This document shows, in pieces, positions 53,143 through 64,000 of a stretch of DNA of 64,000 nt. This stretch comes from Octopus sinensis. Taxonomy: Eukaryota. Both the position numbers and the translations under genes were made by a program. How positions within the stretch are numbered: position 1 is the stretch's first letter; each line of letters begins with the position of its first letter. A model generated the notes under the pieces. It had not been told where the DNA came from. It made no database searches and was given only the letters and a program-made list of their open reading frames with translations. The DNA lies in NCBI RefSeq assembly GCF_006345805.1, contig NC_043002.1, forward strand, positions 23,622,001-23,686,000, in the 5' to 3' direction.

Positions 53143-53512
53143 ACCATCCGTTCGTGTCCGTTGCCAGCCTCGCCTGGCCCCCGTGCCGGTGACACATAAA
53201 AGCACCATCCGTTCGTGGCCGTTTGCCAGCTCTGTCTGGCCCCCGTGTCGGTGGCACGTAAAAGCACCATCCGTTCGTGTCCGTTGCCAGCCTCGCCTGG
53301 CCCCCGTGCCGGTGACACGTAAAAGCACCATCCGTTCGTGGCCGTTTGCCAGCTCTGTCTGGCCCCCGTGTCGGTGGCATGTAAAAGCACCATCCGTTCG
53401 TGTCCGTTGCCAGCCTCGCCTGGCCCCGTGCCGGTGACACATAAAAGCACCATCCGTTCGTGGCCATTTGCCAGCTCTGTCTGGCACCTGTGCGGGTGGC
53501 ACGTAAAAAGCA
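53143..53512. repeat. Higher-order minisatellite (61/62-bp A/B dimer x3) inside an RTE 3' tail
   Basis: ACCATCCG anchors at 53143, 53204, 53266, 53327, 53389 and 53449. Confidence 0.85.
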
Positions 53513-53864
53513 CCCACTACACTCACGGAGTGGTTGGCGTTAGGAAGGGCATACATCTCAGACTAAATTTTATCAATTAAATCAGTGATTGTTTAAAATT
53601 TGAAGCTGCACATTTTTGGAAGCAAGGAACAAGTATATATTTATTCTGAAAACATTGAATTCTTGAGTCCTAGAACTGCTGAATACATCAAAGGTTTTTT
53701 GAGTTGCTATGAATTTTTGAAAATATTTTTGTAGCAAGTTATTAAAATGTTTGAAAAAATAATAATTTATATGAGACCTGAAAAGTAAGCAAGGTAAAGT
53801 AGTTTCACAGCTCAGATCATTAAATTCATGCAGTGTCATTTGGGAGATATGGTTGAGGGTTGTT

Positions 53865-55240
53865 CATCATTATCATCATCATCATTTAACGTCCGTTTTC
53901 CATGCTGGCATGAGTTGGACAGTTTAACAGGAGCTGGCCAGCCAGGGAGTTGCCCAGACTTCAATTGTCTGTTGTGGCATCGTTTCTATGGTTGGATGCC
54001 CTTCCTAACATCAACCACTTATCAGCGTGTGCTGGGTCTTTACATGCTGGCATGAGTGCATTTTATGTGGCACCGGCACCTGTAAAGGACAAGCCTGTAT
54101 GTGTGGATAACAGCGATTTTTACTTAGCTTAACATGTCTTCTCAAGTACAGCAAATTGCCTTAACTCTTGGTCCCTTGTCATTTCCTCAATGATGCTCAG
54201 CATCTGAAGATCCTTTCTTGCCACTTCAACCCACATCTTCCCAAGTCTACTCTTTCCACGGATTCCTTCCACAATTAAAGCTTGACACTTCTTTATGCAA
54301 CTGTCTTCATCCATATGCATCATATGACCTTACTGGCAGCATCCCTGTACATGGCTTATATAGCTCTCACTAACCACTCATCTATCCCTAGCTTCTGCAT
54401 TGACCACCAGATAAGAGAGTGGAGGACCCTGTCAAAGGCTTTTACCATGTCAACAAAAGCCAAGTATAGAGGTATATTTTTGGCTAAATAATTCTGTAAT
54501 GCCTAACCAAGGATATAGTATCAGTTGTGCTTTTATCTGGCACAAATCTGAACTGCATCTCATCTATGCTAACTCTCTAATTAATTGAGCTATGACTTTC
54601 ATCACCTGGTCCAGCAATTTGATGCCTCTGTAGTTATTAGTCTTAAGTCATCACCTTTGCCTTTGTAGCAGTTGACTATAATGCTGCTACACCAATCTGG
54701 TATGATTCCCTCATGGACAAACTGGGTGACTAGGCTATATCCCACTCCAGATATTTTAAGCATCTCAGTAGTGATTCCTGATGGGCTGGGAGCTTCTCCT
54801 GTATTCAAATCCCTAATTGTCTTATCTTCCAAGCTACTGTTGATTTGGATAGCTGCTCCCTCAGGTGGGTCTTTCTACATTGGGCAGACTCTCCTTATCT
54901 CATGCATTCTCTACATTTAGTAGCTTTTCATAATGGTATTTCTAAGTCTCTTTCTTTGCAGAATCACTAAATGCAAGTGAACCATCATCCATGCAGACAC
55001 ATTTCTCTCCTATGACATCACGATTTTCTCTCACACTGTCTTGCAATCTGAAGCATTTCAAGTCTCTGGTCCTCACACCACAGAACATTGGCAAACTTCT
55101 TTTCTACTTCTCCCTGGCTAAATATATCAGTTTCCCAGCCTCCCTTCAGGCTATCTGATAGAGTTCCCTGCTACCACCACACTTCCAGCCTGTTCAGGCC
55201 TGTTTCTTGTCTTTAATGGCCCTGTCACCTACACTATTCC
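53865..55240 (-). mobile_element. RTE LINE fragment, internally deleted, with 3' tail
   Basis: APSPSGITTEMLK..IIVNCYKGKGD, DMVKAFDR, DEDSCIKKC, plus the (CAT)n tail at about 53865. Confidence 0.8.
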
Positions 55241-55374
55241 AATAAAAAATTAATTCTGTTCAATAAACCAATATAGGATTAAATGTTACAAATTTTTGTA
55301 AATTTTATCTCTGTTTCCTGGCAATATTTCTCTGTTGTGATGGTTTCATTAGAATTAGATGATCCCACTTGATG

Positions 55375-55885
55375 ACCACCAAATAGTGATCACAACTTGG
55401 AAAAGTGTTTTGATGCTTCATCTTGATCCAGCCACTCTGTAGAATGCCATCAGTTGTCATAGAGAATCCATTTTTTTGTTATGTCTTAAAACAATCAAGA
55501 AATGGACCATTTAATTACACAAAAGAAGGCTCCAGAAGACTCTAATAGCAATTTTCTTTTTTTCAGTCAGCACATGCATCATCCATTTGTCACCATTTAA
55601 AAAATTTTTCACTTTCTAATCTGATACAAATGTTGATTAATTGATGAATAGTCAATGTTTAGTTCTTCTGCAACCTCTCAAGTTGTTTTGTATTGTCCCC
55701 TTTAATTATGGCCTTCACTTGATCATTGTAACTTACAAAAGGTTGTCCACATCCTTCCTTGATTTCAAGATTTTAGTTTCCATTACAAAATTTGGGGAAT
55801 CAAATTTGAGTTGTATGCTCAGTAACGGTTCCCTGAGCAGACGCTTGGTTGATATTGCTAACAGATGCTGCTTTGCATTCCATTT
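55375..55885 (-). mobile_element. Decayed mariner transposase
   Basis: Minus-strand remnants NINQASAQGTVTEHT (HTH region), KWMMHVLTE (WVPHEL-like) and KWILYDN...WLDQDEASKHF. Confidence 0.65.
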
Positions 55886-56992
55886 TAAACTTGAACAATA
55901 AAATCACTTGAATTTGTTTTTTCTTTTATCTTTAATTTAACAGCCTCTTATAAATAAGAATTGAAAGTAGCTGACTAAAGTAAAATAGTGTTACATTCAA
56001 TTTTTGTTTTATTTTCACTTGTAAGTTGTAGTATTAGTATAGTTTACTGTTTTGATTGCAACCAACAAATACTGTAATATCTACAGGTCATAGATTTCTC
56101 AAACGGTTATGAGATATCTGAAACAACAAACAGAATATAATGTTACATCAAAATAAACAGAGAAAGCACAACTTATTTTGGACCTTGATTAATAAAATAA
56201 ATACCTATCAAATATAGATTTGATTATATCAACTATATCCCTCCATGAATATTTGAGAATTTGTGCTCATGTTGCAAAACATTCTTTTCAGAGAGATTGA
56301 CCCTAATGTCACATTTTCCAATTTAGGCAAAGAAATGTTTTATCTTGTTATTTACAGTATTATATTTATTACTTAAGGAAATGAGGGATTTGTCAAATGA
56401 GACATGGCCCAGGAAGGAAGTGACCATTGGCTTAGCAACCAGAAGTTTTATAGAACTCATCCAGGAAAAGAACTTTCATTAATAAAGATTCATCACCACT
56501 ATACATCAGCTTGTCTTCTTTTTTATTGTCCTACTTAAAGCTACAAATCTTATTCAAACACCCCAAAATTGTACTATTTATCCTCTTCCTAAAATTCACA
56601 AGCTCAACAATTCTAGTTCTGTCATCATCCCACCTTGCAGTTGTCTCATTAGCTAATTAGGTTGAAACCTATCCGTCCCACATTACCTAGTGTTACCAAA
56701 GCCCTTGATACTCAGATGCAAAGACATTTTCAGCTCCTTCATCTTAATTTAACACCCACAGATATCTACGTCCTCGTCCTCCGCCTTGCTACACATCTGA
56801 ACATACCTTCCTTACCTTAAACTTCTTTCAATACACCCTGAACCTCCAAATTTCATTTCATTTATGTTAAACCCCTTTACATCATCCGTTTCCGTAACAG
56901 TCTCTCAGACCTCAAGTTCATTGCAGAAACAAAGCAAGGGGAGATAATTCAGAACAAAAATAAATTTTGAACAGATTACATATTAACATATA

Positions 56993-57420
56993 TAGGGGTT
57001 AGACAAAATAATGGAAACACCTTAAAATTTCAATGCACCGTACAAAGTTTGAATTGGTTCCAAAGGAATTTTTGTCCATTCTTCAGTTAAAACAGTCTCC
57101 AGTTCTTGTAATGATGATGGTGGAGGATATCAACTCCTTACTTGTTTTTCTAAAATGCACCATAAAGGTTCAATAATATTGAGATCTGGGGACTGTGGTG
57201 GCCAGATAAGATGTTCAACTTCACTGGAATGTTCCTCGTGCCATTCAGTAACAATTTTAGCTGTGTGAATTGGTTCATTATCACCCTTAAAGATTGTGTT
57301 TCCCTCTGGAAACAGTTCTGCGACCATAGGGTGAACTTGATCAGATAAAACGCTTAAACAGACTTGACTATTAATTCTGCCATGAAGGAAAACCATTAGG
57401 CCAGTGGATTTCCAAGATAA
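56993..57420 (-). mobile_element. Tc1-family transposon 3' fragment
   Basis: GDNEPIHTAK...WPPQSPDLNIIEPLW; TIR-like AGGGGTTAGACAAAATAATGGAAACACC after TA. Confidence 0.85.
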
Positions 57421-58756
57421 TAGGGGTGGCCAGATCTACCTCAATGCCATAGCAACTGTGGTAGGGAGGTGCAGCCCACCCCAACCTTTGGGCAGGCTGG
57501 CTGGTGCCCATTCTCCTTTGTTATCATGAGGCTTATTTGGAGCTGGATCTTCTATGGGGAGCATGCCCTTGCTTACCCACAGTTTCTAGAAACAAGTGAT
57601 CCTGAGACCAAGGCCTCTACCATGATTTTTAAGAAATGTAGTGGAAAACTAGTTCAAGAAAACGGGGATGCTACTCTCTGAGACCCCTTTCGGAGCCCTC
57701 CCTACCTACTTTCAAATGATGTAATGTTTCCATTAATCAATTAAAGGAGTTGCTTGAAAAGGCTGTAATGAATTGACACCTGTATATCTTTGTTACTCAT
57801 ATTTTATTCACATGACTTGGAATCTGCACTTCGGAAATATTATAGAAAGAACCTTTATAAAAAGTACATGTCTGAATTACCAAGAGTCGATATCTTCACT
57901 TAGCTGGGTTGCGTTATCTGCCTGCAGGGAGTCTTGATATTCAATATTCAATTAATATTGCTTGGGTGTGCAGATGATACCAACCTAGCAAGGTGCCTCA
58001 ATTTAAGTACCTAATTCAACAGAATCTTAATTACATTTTATATATACATGTATATATATGTGTATCATCATCATCATCTTCGTGTAGCATCCGCTTTCCA
58101 TGCTAGCATGGGTTGGACGGTTCAACTGGGGTCTGGGAAGCCAGAAGGCTGCAGCAGGCCCAGTCTGATCTGGCAATGTTTCTACGGCTGAATGCCCTTC
58201 CTAACGCCAACCACTCCGTGAGTGTAGTGGGTGCTTTTTACGTGCCACCAGCACAGGGGCCAGGCGAGGCTGGCAACGGCCACAATCGGATGGTGCTTTT
58301 TACGTGCCACCGGCACAAGGCCAGTCGGAGCGGTGCTTATATATATATATACTAACTTGGTGTTCAATTAAATAATAAAATAAATAGATATATGTGTGTG
58401 GTGTGTGTATATATATATATACAGGATGAAGGCGCATGGCTTAGTGGTTAGGGCATTCGGCTGATGATTGTATGGTCATGAGTTCAATTCCCGGCGATGC
58501 GTTGTGTCCTTGAGCAAGACACTTTATTTCATGTTGCTCCAGTCCACTCAGCTGGCAAAAATGAGTTGTACCTGTATTTCAAAGGGCCGGCCTTGTCACA
58601 CTCTGTGTCACGCTGAATCTCCCTGAGAACTACGTTAAGGGTACTCGTGTCTGTGGATTGCTCAGTCACTTGCACGTTAATTCCACGAGCAAGCTGTTCC
58701 ATTGATCGTATCAGCTGGGATCCTCATCGTCGTAACCGACCGAGTGCTCCTATATA

Positions 58757-59840
58757 TACAGGACGTTACCAATAGTAACAGTAAACAACATGAAATACGA
58801 AAACCAATGAGTTAAATATGCAAATAACAAGACAAAAAAAAGGACAAGTACAAGTAATACAAAGAATGGCCCTTCATCAGTCGTCGGCTGCCTATCTACT
58901 CCCCATTTCAAGCAATCAATGACAATATGAGTCTTCGAAGACAGTTACTCCCATAAATACCAAATAAAATTTTGGATTAATGTCCTGTTTTTGTTCCTAA
59001 CTTTGACACTCCATAAATTCAGAATTTTATTTGGGTATTTATGGGAGCAACTGTCTTCGAAGACTCATATTGTCACTGATTGCTCAAAATGGGGAGTAGA
59101 TAGACAGCCAACAACTGATGAAGGGTCAGTCTTCGTATTACTTGTCCTTTTCCCTCTTGTTATTTGCATATTTAACTCATTTGTTTTCTTATTTCATGTT
59201 GTTTACTGTTACTGTTGGTGACATCCTGTACCCATATATTCATACATATATATATATATTATTTATATTATTATTTAATTGAATGTCATGCATCCATTTC
59301 CAAGTAGGTTTATCTTAACCTTCTTGATGTAATTCTACTCTATACTTTTTCTCCCTTTCACCATTTTCCATCAGTTTCTCTCTCTCTCCCCCTTTTTCTC
59401 TCTCTTGTTGCTCACACATGACCATCGTCCATCTTTCTTTCCTGCATGGATGTTCTAAGGGCTGCATGTCTTCTATCTCTCTCTTCTGTCTTTTCTCTTT
59501 TCAAAGAAAATATTTCTCAGCATTCACTATTTTCCCCTTATTCAGGCCTAACGACCCTCCATATTTGTTTTCGTCCAGTTTCCCTGTATGTCTCCACTAT
59601 CCTGTTTTTGTTCCTAACTTTGACCCTCTATAAATCCAAAATTTTATTTTGATACTTATGGGAGCAACTGTCTTCGAAGACTCATATTTTCGTTGATTGC
59701 ATGAAATGGGGAGTAGATGAAGGGTCATTCTTTGTATAACTTGTCCTTTTTTTTCTCCCGTTATTTGCATATTTAACTTATTTGTTTTTGTATTTCATGT
59801 TGTTTACTGTTACTGTTGGTGATGTCCTGTACCCATATAT
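58757..59840. mobile_element. Penelope-like terminal repeats in inverted plus direct arrangement
   Basis: 58757-58978 is the reverse complement of about 59016-59230; 58981-59240 is repeated directly at about 59599-59840. Confidence 0.6.
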
Positions 59841-59843
59841 ATA

Positions 59844-60044
59844 CTCTTTACTCTTTTACTTGTTTCAGTCATTTGACTGCAGCCATGCTGGAGCACCGCC
59901 TTTAATCGAGCAACTCGACCCTGGGACTTTTTCTTTTGTAAGCCCAGTACTTATTCTATCGGTCTCTTTTGCCGAACCACTAAGTAACGGGGACATAAAC
60001 ACACCAGCATCGGTTGTCAAGCAATGCTAGGGGGACAAACACAG

Positions 60045-60087
<43 letters not shown>

Positions 60088-60248
60088 TACGACGGGCTTC
60101 TTTCAGTTTCCATCTACCAAATCCACTCACAAGGCATTGGTCGGTCCGGGGCTATAGCAGAAGACACTTGCCCAAGATGCCACGCAATGGGACTGAACCC
60201 GGAACCATGTGGTTGGTTAGCAAGCTACTTACCACACAGCCACTCCTG
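59844..60248 (-). mobile_element. Young tRNA-derived SINE (9274 family)
   Basis: Close reverse complement of 9274-9574 plus the 3' tail ending in (GAGTAAAA)n. Confidence 0.8.
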
Positions 60249-61839
60249 TATATGTTATATATATATATATATATACATTAGGAAGGGCATCTAGCTGTAG
60301 AAACCATGCCAGATCAAGATTGGAGCCTGGTGCAGCCATCTGGTTCGCCAGCCCTCAGTCAAACCGTCCAACCCATGCTAGCATGGAAAGTGGACGTTAA
60401 ACGACGACGATGATGATGATGATATATATATATATGTATATGTGTGTGTGTATATACATACACACACATATATTCATTTTATGTCTATTTTTCCATGCTA
60501 ACATAGGCTAGCTGAATATTTTGCTCTATAGCTGGATGCCTTCCCTATCACTAACCCTTACATATTTTCCAAGTTATATATATGTATGTATATGTGTGTA
60601 TGTGAATGAATGATTGTTCTATAAGTTATTGATTTTGAGGTTAACACTTTAGTAGCAAACATAATTTTTTATTTCAGTGAAAGTTATAGAGAATGAATTA
60701 ACCATAAGACAATTTAACTGAATATGCCATCTGATAAGATGCAAATGATAATATTTTATATATCAAAAATATACATGTGTAGTATATACATATGTTAAAT
60801 ATACTTTATAAATATATTTCTTTTCAATCTTTAACCTGCTCTGGATTCTGGTCGTTTATAAAAATAAGTTTAATATTTACAGGTAAAATAAACATCAAGT
60901 TCTATATAATTAAATGTAAGAGAAGCAGTTTTAGGGTAAAAATCTACTTTAAAGGATAGATGTGTTGCATAAAGTAGATTTTTAGCTGATCTATAATCTA
61001 AGTTACCTCAATAATAATCATCCTGCGTTTTTGTATATTTAGGATCACATTGTTGAATGTTTTTCCTTCTTTTAAGGCAAAGTGGTGTGATGAGATGAAA
61101 ATTTGACCATATATTTATTAATGGTTTTATTATTAGAGTTATACTTAGCTTCTTCTAAGATCAGATGATTAATATTTGAGAAGAGGAATATGCTTAGTCA
61201 AGAGGGTCCACAGTAATTTTTTATAAAATTCATTTTAGAGTGACCTATAATATATGCATCATAGTTCCAGTTTATGAGTTGCAACCTAACAAAAATATCA
61301 TGGCAGACTAATTTTAGCAGATTAACTTAAAAAGATAGCCAACTCCAGCACATGTGGTCGATTAAAAAATTGGAATATTTCAGAGAATTTTTTGCTTTGA
61401 ACATTTGTTAATTTAGTCATCAAAATCATGTCTGTCAATGATTTCTGTCATTAAAAGGATTTCTTGTACTTTTGTAAGATTTTGAAGTCAAAATTCAAAG
61501 ACTATTCAATAATTGCTAATTTAAAAAAATACTCTTTCACCTCTTGGGTCCTTTTCTTTTCTACTTAAGTTCTTTATTTTTAAATAAAACTTCAAGTATT
61601 TTGAAATCATTTTTATGAAAATTTAAGGTGGCAAGCTGGCAGAATTGTTAGCACACCATGCTAACAGGTGGAATTTCCTCTGTATTTACATTCTGGGTTC
61701 AAATTCCACTGAGGCTGACTTCACCTTTCAGGGTTGATGAAATAAGTACCAGTTGAGCACTCGGGTGGATGTAATCTAATAGCGCAACTTTCAGGCCGTG
61801 TTCCTATGGTCGAAAATCTAACTATTATCAGAATAAATA

Positions 61840-63366
61840 TTATTTCTTTTCTAAAGAATCCTTAATCAACATTTGATTGCGTCCTTTGGAAGCATCATCT
61901 TCGACCATTTCTTCTAATTTTACAAAAGGCAAATCATCAAAGTTTTCGAACTTCTGTTCGAGGTAGGCTCTGAAGGTGTACATAGCTGCCAGACCTTCTG
62001 TTCTCGTCAACTGTCGCTTTTCTTCCACTCTCTCTTTAATATCTACATCACATTCATCGTCGTCCACAAGATAGCGTTTATCAGTTGAAGTTGCTACTTG
62101 TTGGCAGATGTCAACGTCTGTAAGCTCGCCATATGTCGGTAATTCGTCGTCGATACTGACAAACTTATTAAATGTCTCATTTTCTTCGTCTTCTTCATCT
62201 TTAACTCCCTGCTCTGACCAGGCGGTTTCATCGCTTTCAAAAGGAAAACCGGATATTAGAAAACCGTTTCGGATTGTCCGATGTGTTACTAAAACCATGG
62301 CCCGTTTCAACATAAACATGGCATCTAGTACGGAGATGGATCTAGTAAATTCTTGGGTTGCCACGCCGTTTTCGAACGTAGTGAGCATTCTTCGGTTAAT
62401 ATGACGCCGATAATGAGTTTTTAGAGATTTGATAATTCCCTGGCGGCAAGGTTGAATGAAATGAGTACTCTTTGGCAGATAAACAACTCTGATAGCCGGC
62501 GTTGTATTATTAGCACATCGATGACATGCAGCACTGTCAACAAACAAAATTATCTTGCGGTTCTGCGCCTGGAACTTTTGGTTCATTTCCCACAAAATCG
62601 TCTTCCATATATCGTTGGTCATCCAGGATTTCTGATTGCTGTAATAGGAGAGGGGCAATTTTTGCACTCGATCGAAACACGCAGGTTTTGGATGTTTGCC
62701 AACGATGTGAAGGTCTTTTTCCGAGCCATCTGAATTAACACAAACCAGGACAGTAACCTGTTCCTTCGGTACTTTATTTGCATTGGTTTTCCCACCTTGG
62801 AATGTAATTATTCCCGGCTGCAATGCTTTATATAGTAGACATGTTTCAGCAGCGGTGAAAATATCTCTGGGCTTATATCCTTTAATTTTTTCCTTCAGTT
62901 TGTCTTCAAGCCACCTGTCCGCTGCTACGAATTCCTCACCTGGCGTTTGTTCGTTGTGAAGTCTAGAAAATTTAATATTGTGTCGGTTCTTAAATCGTTC
63001 TAGCCACCCACTCGAAGCCGAAAACTCTTTTATCCCCAAAGATGCTGCAAACTGAGATGCTTTTTGTAGCATCAAAGGGCCGTTTACCGAAGCATTCATA
63101 CACTTCATTTGGGTAAACCACTTAAGTAAAGCTTCTTCGACGTCTTCAAAGTTGCTTTTCCGATTTCTAATCTTCTTCGAGTTTCTGTTGTTAACATTTT
63201 CAGCCCTGAGCTTTTTGGCATGTTTCTTAATTTTAGAGATGGTTGATCTGTCGCATGTAAATAAAGACGCTATGTCAGCTAATTTCTTACCTGATTCTAT
63301 AAAGTCAAGAATTTCAATTTTCTGTCCCAACGATAGTTGCCTTCTTTTTTGTCTGCTCTCTGCCAT
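61840..63366 (-). CDS. Tigger transposable element-derived protein (TIGD4/6-like; psq HTH + CENP-B HTH + DDE_1 fold), 508 aa
   Basis: Intact single-exon ORF: RQLSLGQKIEIL, DVEEALLKWF, FSASSGWLERFKNRH, EQVTVLVCVNSDGSEK, YYSNQKSWMT, ILFVDSAACH, IQPCRQGIIKSLKTHYRR. Confidence 0.92.
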   Translation of the reverse strand: MAESRQKRRQLSLGQKIEILDFIESGKKLADIASLFTCDRSTISKIKKHAKKLRAENVNNRNSKKIRNRKSNFEDVEEALLKWFTQMKCMNASVNGPLMLQKASQFAASLGIKEFSASSGWLERFKNRHNIKFSRLHNEQTPGEEFVAADRWLEDKLKEKIKGYKPRDIFTAAETCLLYKALQPGIITFQGGKTNANKVPKEQVTVLVCVNSDGSEKDLHIVGKHPKPACFDRVQKLPLSYYSNQKSWMTNDIWKTILWEMNQKFQAQNRKIILFVDSAACHRCANNTTPAIRVVYLPKSTHFIQPCRQGIIKSLKTHYRRHINRRMLTTFENGVATQEFTRSISVLDAMFMLKRAMVLVTHRTIRNGFLISGFPFESDETAWSEQGVKDEEDEENETFNKFVSIDDELPTYGELTDVDICQQVATSTDKRYLVDDDECDVDIKERVEEKRQLTRTEGLAAMYTFRAYLEQKFENFDDLPFVKLEEMVEDDASKGRNQMLIKDSLEKK

Positions 63367-63410
63367 TGTGGCAGTGAATAATACATATAAAACTTCAAAG
63401 TACTAAGTAT

Positions 63411-63470
63411 GTGACTATAAACATGGTGAGTATAAGTGGAGTGACTATAAGCGGAGTGATTATATCCGGT
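63411..63470. repeat. 4 x 15-bp tandem repeat upstream of the TIGD-like gene
   Basis: GTGACTATAAACATG / GTGAGTATAAGTGGA / GTGACTATAAGCGGA / GTGATTATATCCGGT; CCAAT box (plus-strand ATTGG) near 63503. Confidence 0.75.
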
Positions 63471-64000
63471 GTATAACGTGAACGCAACAGCCGAAGATTT
63501 TCATTGGCTGGATTGTAATTACTGACGGTTGCCGCCAAATTAATCAACGTAATTTGTAATTTTCCCTTGGTGAGAAATGTCTAACTTCTAACAAGTCTCT
63601 GTAACAAAAGTTCAATAATTGCTTCATATTGATCATAGAACTGTCAGCAGAGAGAACTTTAGAGGTGTCACATATATTTTTTAGCAATAAAAAATGAACA
63701 CTAAGAATTGGGATTTTTTCTTCCAGCTTTTGGTTGGGTGAGGTGGAAGGCATTGTACCCATGGCCTCTGCAGGACTGTCAAAATTGAGCAGTTAGTGTT
63801 TCTTACGAAGAGTTATAAGTCAACAGCAACAGGATGAACAAGTACAGGAAAGGAATTTCAAGGAAGCAAAATTCTGAGAAGGAAAAGTTACATGTAGGAG
63901 TTAGTGCAGGGCCTGAAGGGAATAGACACAACATGGGTAATAAGAGGAAGTAAGACGAAATGAACTAAAGATGCCTGAGTGGCAGTATCATGAAATCAGT

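Noticed and set aside
53143-53512. Regularly spaced repeats resembling a CRISPR array, with long overlapping ORFs
   Set aside because: No unique spacers, eukaryotic context; it is a tandem A/B minisatellite in an RTE tail and the ORFs are by-products.
59085-59130. GAAA...CTGATGA as a type II hammerhead in the Penelope-like repeat
   Set aside because: I could not form convincing stems II and III by eye.
62108-63406. Plus-strand ORFs overlapping the TIGD-like gene
   Set aside because: Antisense shadows of the real CDS.

Overview
AT-rich, repeat-dense eukaryotic DNA. The SINE/RTE repeat families, microsatellites and tandem C2H2 zinc-finger genes point to a coleoid cephalopod, probably Octopus (inference). 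Gene order: (1) a single-exon Tigger/CENP-B-derived gene (+, 2754-3575) that has lost its whole DDE domain in frame; (2) an 8-coding-exon RAD1 (9-1-1 clamp) gene (-, 29207-10795, 280 aa, assembled by hand with consistent GT-AG phases); (3) three tandem paralogous C2H2 zinc-finger terminal exons A/B/C (-, about 31.8-44.5 kb); (4) an intronless NAA20 (+, 47548-48069); (5) a full-length Tigger-derived gene with substituted catalytic residues (-, 63366-61840). The rest is SINEs, RTE/L1/Penelope-like retroelement fragments, pogo, piggyBac, Tc1 and mariner remnants, and GG...CC-ended MITEs. Most notable: a young 358-bp retrozyme-like insertion with 51-bp terminal redundancy, a TSD and a minimal hammerhead ribozyme carrying the compensatory U3-A8 core; a ZNF cluster in which promoterless cassette A may share a 5' leader with cassette B; and a homogenised 16-unit QTGNLTT finger minisatellite.
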